A stretch of DNA of 64,000 nucleotides from Eubacteriales bacterium (GCA_045653945.1 JAZOML010000003.1:7270-71269), one strand, 5' to 3'; counted from the stretch's first letter, positions 9,907-17,896 are shown. The notes: a model not told the origin generated them from the letters alone. Made by a program: numbers and translations.

Positions 9907-10149
9907 ATGTTTAAAAATAAGGCGAACGGCAAAAATAATATTTGCGGTGAAAATATAAAAGAAATAAGACTTAATCAAGCTCCCAAAATGTCGCAAAGAG
10001 CTCTTGCGGATAAGCTCCAACTACTCGGCGTTGACGTTGATAAAAACGCAATTCAACGTATCGAAAGCGGTCAGAGATTTGTAACCGATATTGAAATTAA
10101 AGCGATAGCAAAAATTTTCGGCACAACCGTTGACCAGCTGTTAATCTAA
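9907..10149 (+). CDS. small XRE-family HTH protein
   Basis: IKEIRLNQAPKMSQRALADKLQLLGVDVDKNAIQRIESGQRFVTDIEIKAIAKIFGTTVDQLL. ATG at 9907 follows AGAGAGG; the track start is 9871. Confidence 0.75.
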   Translation: MFKNKANGKNNICGENIKEIRLNQAPKMSQRALADKLQLLGVDVDKNAIQRIESGQRFVTDIEIKAIAKIFGTTVDQLLI

Positions 10150-10154
10150 TATAT

Positions 10155-10186
10155 AAAAACCGAGGCTTTAAAGCCTCGGTTTTTTT
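10155..10186 (+). terminator. rho-independent terminator (duplicate of 9703-9733)
   Basis: Same 31-nt sequence, aaaaaccgaggctttaaagcctcggtttttt. Confidence 0.7.
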
Positions 10187-10250
10187 GTTATACCAGCTCT
10201 TTAAAAATCATTTGAGCCAACACGACAAATTTCTTTTGTATATAATAGTC

Positions 10251-10282
10251 AAAAAAAGCCAATCCAAAGGGATTGGCTTTTT
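10251..10282. terminator. bidirectional hairpin terminator
   Basis: aaaaaaagccaatcc-aaa-gggattggcttttt, directly 3' of the minus-strand gene ending at 10287. Confidence 0.6.
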
Positions 10283-10286
10283 ATCA

Positions 10287-11453
10287 TTATTTTACGTATT
10301 CAACGTAGTGGTAATCTCCCGGCCTGTAAAGACTCCAATACTCCGACCACCTCTCGGTGTCCTTTTCCGTACCCCTTACCGTTATACGTGCGTCGGTGCT
10401 CAAAAACGCCGAACCGTCAACGAATTTTATCGCCTTTGCATTGAGCACTACCCCATCAAGCGAGGTACAACCCGAAATAGCGCAAATACCAAGACCATCA
10501 AGCGAAACACAGGGAAGCTCTATCCTTGTCAGCTTTCTGCACGAATCAAATGCGCTACGCTCTATCACACCAACCGTATGAGGTAGGTATACCTCCTCAA
10601 GCAGCATACTCATCTTAAACGCTCCCTCGCCTATCTGCTCAACGGGACCGGTAAATACAACAACGTGATTTTTCCCCACCCTTGCGGCATCGCTTCTGAT
10701 AACTTTAACCGTCGGGGGGACTATAACGTTTGCAAGGTCAGGCATCTTTACAACGGTAGTAACTCCATACGGAATTATAACGTCCTGACTCATTTTTCCG
10801 CCCTGCGGATTTATACCCATAAGCTTATCGTAATCAAGCTTAAAGTAATTTTCCCATATATATTTTCGTGCAAACTCACTGTATCCCGAAATATTTTCCC
10901 AAATCCTTGCAACTCTTTCGCTTTTGGGCACTCCGTAGCCTTTTTTGTAATACTCCGCAACGTTTTTCATAGCCTCATCGTCATAGCAACAAGCCGCCTC
11001 CTGCATATACTGTGCAGAATGAACGGCATCATTTTTGTTTTCGCCGTAAAGCTCCGCAAGTGCCTTTGCTATTTTGATAACAACCGTTCTTTTTTCGCCC
11101 TCGTAAGCTATCGGATATATATTTGCCTTTATAAAGTCAAGCGCACCGACAAAGCACTGTTCAGCCTCGTCATATCTACCCATTTTGTAAAGGCAAAGTC
11201 CTGCGTTAAAGCTCGCTTTTGAATAAAAGCAGCCCGTTTCCGCAAACATTGAAAGAGGAGCAACCTTGTTCTTAATGATGTGCGTTATATCCTTAACCAG
11301 CGCCATAAAGCCGCCAAGCGCCTCAGTAAATTGTCCGCAATCAGAAAATTTAATAAACGTATCAACGGCATTGTCAAGCTTTTCGTCGCCCGTTATATCG
11401 GTATAGTAAGTAAAATCCGCCATACTATTCACCCTACTTTCGTATTTTGTCAA
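10287..11453 (-). CDS. cytoplasmic Sel1/TPR-like repeat protein with C-terminal BspA-type LRR module
   Basis: N-terminal half has Sel1/TPR-like helices (AGLCLYKMGRYDEAEQCF, AMKNVAEYYKKGYGVPKS). C-terminal half reads IPYGVTTV...IGEGAFKMSMLLEEVYLPHTVGVIERSAFDSCRKLTRIELP. It ends in the same cap type (RGTEKDTERWSEYW...YVEYVK) as the LRR genes at 29.5 and 39.6-48.2 kb. No signal peptide. Confidence 0.7.
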   Translation of the reverse strand: MTKYESRVNSMADFTYYTDITGDEKLDNAVDTFIKFSDCGQFTEALGGFMALVKDITHIIKNKVAPLSMFAETGCFYSKASFNAGLCLYKMGRYDEAEQCFVGALDFIKANIYPIAYEGEKRTVVIKIAKALAELYGENKNDAVHSAQYMQEAACCYDDEAMKNVAEYYKKGYGVPKSERVARIWENISGYSEFARKYIWENYFKLDYDKLMGINPQGGKMSQDVIIPYGVTTVVKMPDLANVIVPPTVKVIRSDAARVGKNHVVVFTGPVEQIGEGAFKMSMLLEEVYLPHTVGVIERSAFDSCRKLTRIELPCVSLDGLGICAISGCTSLDGVVLNAKAIKFVDGSAFLSTDARITVRGTEKDTERWSEYWSLYRPGDYHYVEYVK

Positions 11454-11512
11454 TTTGATTGCTTATTAAAATGCGCGCCTGTTCGGGCGCACATTTTATA
11501 TAAAGTTCAATA

Positions 11513-12883
11513 TCACTCAACAACCGGCAGCTTTGCAAGTGCCTGATTGATTTCGTCATCGGTGGGAACGTAGTCGGTCATCTTGCCGTCGTGGAACTTT
11601 TCATAAGAAAACATATCAAAATATCCCGTTCCGGTAAGACCGAATACGATAGTTTTGCTTTCGCCCGTTTCGATGCACTTCTTTGCCTCGTCTATTGCGA
11701 CCTTGATTGCGTGAGAGCTTTCGGGAGCAGGGAGTATTCCCTCAATTCTTGCAAAGTATTCCGCCGCCGCAAATACCTCGGTCTGGCTTACCGAAACTGC
11801 TTCCATAAGTCCGTCATCGTAAAGCTGGGAAAGGGTACTGCTCATACCGTGATAACGGAGTCCGCCCGCGTGAGAAGCGGCAGGAATAAAGCCGCTACCG
11901 AGCGTATACATCTTCTGAAGCGGACAAATCATACCCGTATCGCAGTAGTCGTATGCGTATTTTCCTCTTGTGAAGCTGGGGCAGGACTTTGGCTCAACCG
12001 CGATAAATCTGTAATCACGCTCGCCTCTTATCTTCTCACCCATAAAAGGAGCGATAAGTCCGCCGAGGTTAGAGCCGCCACCCGCACAGCCGATGATTAT
12101 ATCAGCCTTTTCGCCGTATTTATCAAGTGCAGTTTTGGTTTCAAGACCGATAACCGACTGGTGGAGCATAACCTGATTCATAACGCTACCAAGCACGTAG
12201 CGATACCCTGCGGTTGTGGTTGCCTTTTCAACCGCCTCGGAAATTGCACAGCCAAGACTTCCCGTTGTGCCGGGGTGCTCGGCGAGTATCTTCTGACCGA
12301 CCTTGGTTTCCATTGATGGCGAGGGTGTTACACTTGCACCGTAGGTACGCATAACCTCACGTCTGAACGGCTTTTGCTCATAAGAGCATTTAACCATATA
12401 TACCTTACAGTCTAGGTCAAAGTAGGAACAAGCCATAGAAAGAGCCGTACCCCACTGACCTGCTCCTGTTTCGGTGGTAACTCCCTTGAGTCCCTGCTGC
12501 TTTGCGTAGTAAGCCTGAGCAATAGCGGAATTGAGCTTATGCGAGCCGCTCGTGTTATTGCCCTCGAACTTATAGTAAATCTTTGCAGGTGTGCCGAGCT
12601 TCTTTTCAAGGCAGTACGCTCTTATAAGGGGAGCAGGGCGGTACATTTTATAAAAGTCGCGTATCTCCTCGGGGATTTCAAAGTATGCAGTGGTATCGTC
12701 AAGCTCCTGCTTTATAAGCTCCTCGCAAAAAACACCGTCAAGGTCCTTTGCCGTCATAGGCTTATGCGTTTCGGGGTCAAGGAGCGGTGCGGGCTTATTT
12801 TTCATATCTGCACGCAGGTTATACCAAGCCTTTGGCATCTCGCTTTCTTCAAGGTAAATTTTGTAAGGTATCTTCTTTTCCAT
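11513..12883 (-). CDS. trpB: tryptophan synthase beta-chain-like PLP enzyme (TrpB2 type), stand-alone
   Basis: 456 aa. Long TrpB2-type N-terminus, FEGNNTSGSHKLNSA (PLP lysine), GGGSNLGG. No trpA nearby. Preceded by a Trp T-box. Confidence 0.85.
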   Translation of the reverse strand: MEKKIPYKIYLEESEMPKAWYNLRADMKNKPAPLLDPETHKPMTAKDLDGVFCEELIKQELDDTTAYFEIPEEIRDFYKMYRPAPLIRAYCLEKKLGTPAKIYYKFEGNNTSGSHKLNSAIAQAYYAKQQGLKGVTTETGAGQWGTALSMACSYFDLDCKVYMVKCSYEQKPFRREVMRTYGASVTPSPSMETKVGQKILAEHPGTTGSLGCAISEAVEKATTTAGYRYVLGSVMNQVMLHQSVIGLETKTALDKYGEKADIIIGCAGGGSNLGGLIAPFMGEKIRGERDYRFIAVEPKSCPSFTRGKYAYDYCDTGMICPLQKMYTLGSGFIPAASHAGGLRYHGMSSTLSQLYDDGLMEAVSVSQTEVFAAAEYFARIEGILPAPESSHAIKVAIDEAKKCIETGESKTIVFGLTGTGYFDMFSYEKFHDGKMTDYVPTDDEINQALAKLPVVE

Positions 12884-12995
12884 TTTTTCACGCTTTCTGA
12901 AGAAAGCTTAGCAAAGACTTCTCTTGCCACGCTTCCTTCTTATTTTGGTTTAAATTTTTACTTTTATTATTTGTGTATGATTTCGTCGACGAAAT
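12884..12995 (+). repeat. hairpin-core mosaic repeat between the T-box terminator and the trpB start
   Basis: gctttctgaagaaagc (12892-12907), then ttagcaaagacttctcttgccacgc, then tttaaattttta. Also a solo palindrome atttcgtcgacgaaat (12980-12995), which equals the closing stem of the structured repeat domain. Confidence 0.8.
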
Positions 12996-13046
12996 ATTAA
13001 CTTTCGCCGGTTTCCCCGGTTGCGTAAAGCTTCTTTGATGCTTTGA

Positions 13047-13320
13047 GAAAATATAAGTCCCGAGCACCGTAAACGGTACTCGGGACGAAATTACTATTTC
13101 CGTGTTGCCACCCGATTTTAACAGCCGAAGCCGTCCTCTTTGCGTACCTTCATACGCCGCGCTACGATAACGGTGCGCTCTCCGTCAGGGAATACTGCAA
13201 TTTTCTGCCCCACCCTCGAAAGTCCATTTACGCCCTCTCCCCTTGCCGCGCTTCCACCAAGCGCGCGTGCTCTCTGTAAGGTTTTAGAGTACGCTACTAC
13301 TCTTTCTCATCGGTTTACAT
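13047..13320 (-). promoter_or_regulatory. T-box riboswitch leader, tryptophan specifier (UGG)
   Basis: On the minus strand the elements are:
- GA/AGUA motifs CCGATGAGAAAGAGTAGTA.
- AG bulge AGAGAG and distal loop GGTGGAA.
- Specifier TGG-A (13223-13226) directly 5' of CTTTC, which pairs with GAAAG.
- T-box GGGTGGCAACACG (13101-13117).
- Terminator hairpin 13057-13086 plus a U tract. Confidence 0.85.
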
Positions 13321-13325
13321 TACGA

Positions 13326-13354
13326 ATTATACACCCTTTAAAGCGTTTTGTCAA
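13326..13354 (-). promoter_or_regulatory. consensus sigmaA promoter driving the Trp T-box leader
   Basis: Minus strand TTGACA (13349-13354) - 17 nt - TATAAT (13326-13331). Confidence 0.7.
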
Positions 13355-13374
13355 GGGATTTTTAAAATTTTGCT

Positions 13375-14022
13375 TTATTTTTGGCGTTTGGCTGCCTCGT
13401 TTGCGGAATATACGCAGCCGCAAAAGTCCTGACGGTACAGTCCGTATTTTTCCGAAAGCTCGCAGGAGCGTTTATATCCGTTCTTTTTCTTAAAATCGGA
13501 ATAAAGGTAAGGGACTCCGTATTTTTCCGAAAGCTCCGCTCCGATTTCATTTAGCACCTGTGCGTTTTTGTGAGGACTTATGCTAAGCGTTGTGCAAAAG
13601 TAGTCATAGTCGCCCTCCTTTGCCAAAACCGCCGTTCTTTCAAGACGCAGGCGGTAGCACTCAAAGCATCTTGCTCCGCCCTCAGGGATATCCTCTTTTC
13701 CCTTTGCAATTTCGTAAAAATCGCTTGGCGTGTACGGTAAAACGACTACCTTTATATTCTCCGCGCCCTCTATTCTTTCCTCTTTCATAGCGTAAGCAAG
13801 ACGAACAAGCTCTTTGTCGCGTTTATTATATTCGTCCTCAGGAAAAATGTTCGGGTTATAGTAAAGAAGAGTAATATCAAAGTATGGACAAAGGTATTCA
13901 AGCACGTAGGTCGAGCAAGGAGCACAGCAGGCGTGCAAAAGCAGGCGGGGGCGAATACCGCACCCGTCTATCTCTTTCAGCTTATTTTCAAGCAATCTGT
14001 TGTAATTTATTTTTTCGTTCAT
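13375..14022 (-). CDS. queH: epoxyqueuosine reductase QueH (DUF208)
   Basis: LLLHACCAPCSTYVLEYL...YYNPNI...CFECYRLRL...DFCGC cysteine pattern. 215 aa. Confidence 0.85.
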   Translation of the reverse strand: MNEKINYNRLLENKLKEIDGCGIRPRLLLHACCAPCSTYVLEYLCPYFDITLLYYNPNIFPEDEYNKRDKELVRLAYAMKEERIEGAENIKVVVLPYTPSDFYEIAKGKEDIPEGGARCFECYRLRLERTAVLAKEGDYDYFCTTLSISPHKNAQVLNEIGAELSEKYGVPYLYSDFKKKNGYKRSCELSEKYGLYRQDFCGCVYSANEAAKRQK

Positions 14023-14723
14023 ACTATGCTCTCGTAGAAGCTCTCTACCGCCTTAATATACTCAAGCGGATTGCTTTTAACTATATTGTGTCCGCCCTCA
14101 ACTGTAACAAGGCGCGCTCCCTTGATGCTATCCGCTATAAGCTGACTGTGTTCGGGCTTTATCGCATCTCGGCTACCGACAAGAACGAGCGTAGGTATAT
14201 CAAGCTCCGCCAAATCATCGGGAGAAATGCTCGGCTCGTGTACCATAAGCGCAACCATTTCATAGGTATCCCTTGCCTTTACGCTATCAGGATTTTTGCG
14301 ATAGGCTCTTTTTGCCCTTTTGTAGCTTTTCATTATCCACTTTTGGTCCTTACGCTCAAGCCCGTCGGGGAACATATTTGCGCCGTTAAGCACCATAGAG
14401 TTAACCCTCTCGGGATACTTCATAGCAAAAAGCATTGCAATATTACCGCCGTCGCTGTATCCTATGATATCCGCCTTTTCAATACCGAGCGTATCTATAA
14501 ATTCCTTTAAATCATCGGCAAACTGAACGAGCGTAAAAGGCTTATCTCCCTTAGGGGTACAGCCGTGCCCTCTCGTATCGACGTTTATTACCCTGCGAGT
14601 CTTTCCAAAATGATAGGTTACATAGAAAAAGCTGGAACTGTTCCCGCCGTTTCCGTGAAGCAAAATCATCGGCACTCCGCCGTTTTCCGCACCCACGTCT
14701 GTATAAAAAAGCTTGGTATCCAT
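14019..14723 (-). CDS. alpha/beta-fold hydrolase
   Basis: MDTKLFYTDVGAENGGVPMILLHGNGGNS...IGYSDGGNIAM (nucleophile elbow GxSxG). ATG at 14723 has RBS GAGGAA. The track extension to 14792 reads through a repeat hairpin. Stop overlaps the queH start (ATGA). Confidence 0.8.
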   Translation of the reverse strand: MDTKLFYTDVGAENGGVPMILLHGNGGNSSSFFYVTYHFGKTRRVINVDTRGHGCTPKGDKPFTLVQFADDLKEFIDTLGIEKADIIGYSDGGNIAMLFAMKYPERVNSMVLNGANMFPDGLERKDQKWIMKSYKRAKRAYRKNPDSVKARDTYEMVALMVHEPSISPDDLAELDIPTLVLVGSRDAIKPEHSQLIADSIKGARLVTVEGGHNIVKSNPLEYIKAVESFYESIV

Positions 14724-14744
14724 AAATTCCTCACAAAAGATTTT

Positions 14745-14790
14745 GTAGCTTTCTTGAAAGAAAGCTACGCAAAGAACTTCTTTTCCACCC
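14745..14790 (+). repeat. hairpin-core repeat
   Basis: gtagctttcttgaaagaaagctac (14745-14768) plus gcaaagaacttcttttccaccc. Confidence 0.8.
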
Positions 14791-14929
14791 ATACCATAAA
14801 GATATAGGTGGAAAAGAAATGTTTTTTATAATTTATTTCGAGAAAACACATACCCTTTTGCAAGGAATATATGTATATCACTCTATTTTAACAAATAACC
14901 GTTAACCACATACCGCAAGATAGTTGCTC

Positions 14930-15038
14930 TGATTTTTCAATCTTCCTGCAAGAAAATCAGAATACTTCTCTCGCAAACGGGGGAAGTAATACCTCGTTTG
15001 TGAGAGAAGTTCTTTGGTTCTTTCTTTCAAGAAAGAAC
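14930..15038 (+). repeat. hairpin-core mosaic repeat
   Basis: Inverted repeat cttctctcgcaaacg / cgtttgtgagagaag, tail gttctttg, core hairpin gttctttctttcaagaaagaac (15017-15038). Confidence 0.8.
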
Positions 15039-15053
15039 GAAAAAAACACAGTA

Positions 15054-16691
15054 CTACCTTGTTGTTTGTGCTTCAACAAGACGTCCGCCGCAGTAGATTT
15101 CGCGGAGCTTTGGCTTTTCGATTTTACCGGTAGGATTGCGAGGAACCTTTGCGAAAATTATCTTCTTTGGACGCTTGTAGCGAGGCATACCAAGACAGTA
15201 TTCGTTGATTTCCGCCTCAGTGCACTCAACTCCGTCTTTAAGCTCGATAATAGCGGCGGCAATCTCGCCAAGACGCTCATCGGGGAGTCCAATAACCGCA
15301 ACGTCTTTGATTTTATCGTGAGCTCGGAGAAAGTCCTCTATCTGAACGGGGTAAAGGTTCTCGCCGCCCGAAATAATAACGTCCTTTTTGCGGTCAACAA
15401 GATAGATAAATCCGTCCGCATCACGCTTAGCCATATCGCCTGTGTAGAGCCACTCGCCCTTTAAAATTTCATCAGTTGCGGCGGGGTTTTTGTAGTAGCA
15501 CTTCATAACGCCGGGGCCTTTAACCGCAAGCTCACCGACCTCCTCAGGCTCGGTAACCTCTTTACCGTTATCGCCTACAATTTTAACCTCCCAAAGGTGT
15601 CCTGCAACACCGATAGCACCAACCTTGTGTACGTTTTCAACGCCAAGGTGTACGCAACCGGGGCCAATGGACTCGCTTAGACCGTAATTCGTATCGTAAT
15701 CGTGGTGAGGGAATACCGAAAGCCAACGCTTGATAAGGCTCGGTGGAACGGGCTGAGCGCCAACGTGCATTAAGCGCCACTGGTCAAGGGCGTAGTCCTC
15801 TTTTTTGAGTGCGCCGCTATCAAGTGCATCGAGAATATCCTGTACCCACGGAACAAGAAGCCAAACTATCGTTGCCTTTTCCTCGGAAACGGTGCGGAGC
15901 ACCCACTCAGGGCTTACGCCACGCAAAAGAACCGTTTTTGAGCCTGCAAGGAGCGAACCAAACCAGTGCATTTTTGCGCCCGTATGGTAAAGGGGCGGTA
16001 TGCAAAGGAAAACGTCGTCCTTTGTTTGGCTATGGTGAGCCTGCTCGGTGCGGCAGGAGTTGATAAGCGCCTTGTGGGCGTGTAAAATAGCCTTCGGAAA
16101 GCCCGTTGTACCCGACGAAAAGTAGATAGCCGCATCGTCGTCCTCGGAAAGCTCAACGGGGGGAATTTCGGGAGAGCAGTAAGAGGACATTTTTTCAAGG
16201 CTCTCGGCAAACTCAGGCACGTCTTTGCCTACAAAGAAGAATGTACGTACCCTTGAAAGCTGAGGCAAAACTGCCGCTACACGCTCGGTAAAGTCAGGAC
16301 CGAAAACGAGGTAATCAACGTCAGCAAGGTCAACGCAGTATGCAATTTCGTCTGCGGCGTAGCGGTAGTTCATCGGAACGGCAAGTGCGCCCGCCTTTAA
16401 AATTCCAAAGTATACAGGAAGCCACTCAAGGCAGTTCATAAGAAGTATAGCGACCTTGTCGCCTTTCTTAATGCCTCTTGAAAGGAGCAAATTCGCAATG
16501 CGGTTTGCCCTGCGGTCAAATTCCTTCCAAGTCATTTCACGGCGATACTTTTCGCTCTTTGCCGTTTCAATAAGTGAAAACTCCTTATAAGTCATACGGT
16601 CATCGGGGCGCTGTGCAGGGTTAATCTCCACAAGCGCAACCTCGCTGCCGTGAAATCTCGCATTTCTTTCAAGTAATTCTGTAATTATCAT
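15054..16691 (-). CDS. AMP-dependent synthetase/ligase (acyl-CoA synthetase superfamily)
   Basis: YFSSGTTGFPKAILHAH, YHTGA, TGDMAKRDADGFIYLVDRKKDVIISGGENLYP, PRNPTGKIEK. ATG at 16691 has RBS GGAGGAG. The track start at 16748 reads through a repeat. Confidence 0.85.
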   Translation of the reverse strand: MIITELLERNARFHGSEVALVEINPAQRPDDRMTYKEFSLIETAKSEKYRREMTWKEFDRRANRIANLLLSRGIKKGDKVAILLMNCLEWLPVYFGILKAGALAVPMNYRYAADEIAYCVDLADVDYLVFGPDFTERVAAVLPQLSRVRTFFFVGKDVPEFAESLEKMSSYCSPEIPPVELSEDDDAAIYFSSGTTGFPKAILHAHKALINSCRTEQAHHSQTKDDVFLCIPPLYHTGAKMHWFGSLLAGSKTVLLRGVSPEWVLRTVSEEKATIVWLLVPWVQDILDALDSGALKKEDYALDQWRLMHVGAQPVPPSLIKRWLSVFPHHDYDTNYGLSESIGPGCVHLGVENVHKVGAIGVAGHLWEVKIVGDNGKEVTEPEEVGELAVKGPGVMKCYYKNPAATDEILKGEWLYTGDMAKRDADGFIYLVDRKKDVIISGGENLYPVQIEDFLRAHDKIKDVAVIGLPDERLGEIAAAIIELKDGVECTEAEINEYCLGMPRYKRPKKIIFAKVPRNPTGKIEKPKLREIYCGGRLVEAQTTR

Positions 16692-16702
16692 ATTCTCCTC
16701 CG

Positions 16703-16796
16703 CTTTCCCCACTTTTTGAAAAAAGTGGACAAAAACTTCTCTTACCACGCCACCGTGATATTAAGCTTTAAATTTTACACTAAATCAATTATTTGC
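16703..16796 (+). repeat. full-length hairpin-core mosaic repeat between the T-box terminator and the ligase start
   Basis: ccactttttgaaaaaagtgg (16709-16728), then acaaaaacttctcttaccacgccaccgtgatat, then tttaaattttacac, then atcaattatttgc. Confidence 0.85.
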
Positions 16797-16805
16797 TTTA
16801 CCTTT

Positions 16806-17076
16806 ATAAAACAAGCCCTCTGCAATTTCTTGCAGAGGGCGTAGTATACGCGGTTCCACCTCTTTTTCACTCTACTCTTACAAGTAAAGCCTCACCAAGC
16901 GCTCCCAAAAAATCGGGGTTACGCTTTGACCTCATAACGGTAGTCAGCCGTCGCCACTTTTCATAGCGCCGCTCAGCAAATGTATTCACCAAATTTCCCC
17001 GCACTGTCTTGCACCCACCGACAGCTCTCTGCAACGGCAAAAAACGGCTACTTTTTTTGCGTCCCTGCGTTTTTAC
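16806..17076 (-). promoter_or_regulatory. T-box riboswitch leader (amino-acid identity unresolved)
   Basis: On the minus strand the elements are:
- AGTA box, AGAGAG bulge and distal loop GGTGCAA.
- Candidate specifier TAC-A directly 5' of TTTGC, which pairs with GCAAA.
- T-box AGGTGGAACCGCG.
- Terminator gccctctgcaa-gaaa-ttgcagagggc (16815-16840) plus a U tract. Confidence 0.8.
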
Positions 17077-17082
17077 TACATT

Positions 17083-17111
17083 AGTATAACATTTATAAAG
17101 GCATTTGTCAA
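17083..17111 (-). promoter_or_regulatory. sigmaA promoter driving the second T-box leader
   Basis: Minus strand TTGACA (17106-17111) - 17 nt - TATACT (17083-17088). Confidence 0.65.
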
Positions 17112-17114
17112 GTG

Positions 17115-17291
17115 TTAGTTAGAATTTTTGCTTTTTCTTTCGTTTTCTTCCTCGTATTTTCTTATCAAAAGCCCGTCGTCGGTCATAATAAGCTCCACCT
17201 TACCCGTCAATTCCAGCCGTTCTCTTATATTCTTCGGTATTCCTAACCTGCCGACTCCGTCTATCACTTTAATAAATCCTATTGGTTTCAT
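17115..17291 (-). CDS. AbrB/MazE/SpoVT-family DNA-binding protein (58 aa)
   Basis: Manual ORF MKPIGFIKVIDGVGRLGIPKNIRERLELTGKVELIMTDDGLLIRKYEEENERKSKNSN, with the looped-hinge-helix signature D..GR..IPK.IR..L. Below the ORF-track size cutoff. Confidence 0.7.
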   Translation of the reverse strand: MKPIGFIKVIDGVGRLGIPKNIRERLELTGKVELIMTDDGLLIRKYEEENERKSKNSN

Positions 17292-17407
17292 AATATCACT
17301 CCTTTTTTACTGTATAGGTATATTATAGCGACTTATCGGTTACTTTTCAATAGTAACCTATAAATTACATGTTATAATTTTTTAAACAATTTATAAGGAG
17401 ATTTTTT

Positions 17408-17623
17408 ATGTTTCGTTATAAACGCCTTCGTGATTTACGTGAAGATAAGGATATGACCCAGGCAGAGGTTGCCTCAATTCTGGGGACTGTACGTGAGCAG
17501 TACAATAAATACGAGCTTGGCAAACAAGAAATTCCGTTCCACCATGTTATAACTCTTGCGAAATTTTATAACGTTTCAATAGATTATATTGCGGACATAA
17601 TTGATAAACCGAGGAAGCTGTAA
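17408..17623 (+). CDS. XRE-family HTH protein (71 aa)
   Basis: LRDLREDKDMTQAEVASILGTVREQYNKYELGKQEIPFHHVITLAKFYNVSIDYI. Confidence 0.8.
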   Translation: MFRYKRLRDLREDKDMTQAEVASILGTVREQYNKYELGKQEIPFHHVITLAKFYNVSIDYIADIIDKPRKL

Positions 17624-17845
17624 TGCACTATTATCAAAGGCTTTGCGATATGCGAGAGGATAGCGACAAAAAGCAATCGGAAATTACCGCAGGCTTGGGA
17701 TAACCACGCAACAATATCAGCTTTTCGAAAGCGGAAAACGAGAAAACAAGGCTCACCACCTTGTTTTCTTGCAAGATTTTACAACGTTTCGGTTGACTAC
17801 CTACTTGGACTGATAAACACACCCGAAAGGCTTGATGGAAATTAA
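17623..17845 (+). pseudogene. frameshifted paralogue of the preceding XRE HTH gene
   Basis: ATG overlaps the upstream stop (TAATG). MHYYQRLCDMREDSDKKQSEITAGLG* is followed, in another frame, by TTQQYQLFESGKRENKAHHLVFLARFYNVSVDYLLGLINTPERLDGN*. Together they form one HTH_3 domain broken near 17700. Confidence 0.65.
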
Positions 17846-17849
17846 TATC

Positions 17850-17882
17850 AAAAGAGGTCAGCTTTTTAGCCGACCTCTTTTA
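17850..17882. terminator. bidirectional hairpin terminator
   Basis: aaaagaggtcagc-ttttt-agccgacctctttt, between convergent genes. Confidence 0.55.
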
Positions 17883-17896
17883 TATTCCACACCGAA

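Noticed and set aside
16703-16796. Treating the TTGAT(A/T)-N17-TATAT-like motif in the mosaic repeats as a demonstrated outward promoter
   Set aside because: The -10 element is poor or absent in several copies (CTTAAT, TACATA). Some copies face gene 3' ends, and neighbouring genes such as thiI have their own better promoters. It is kept only as a testable hypothesis.
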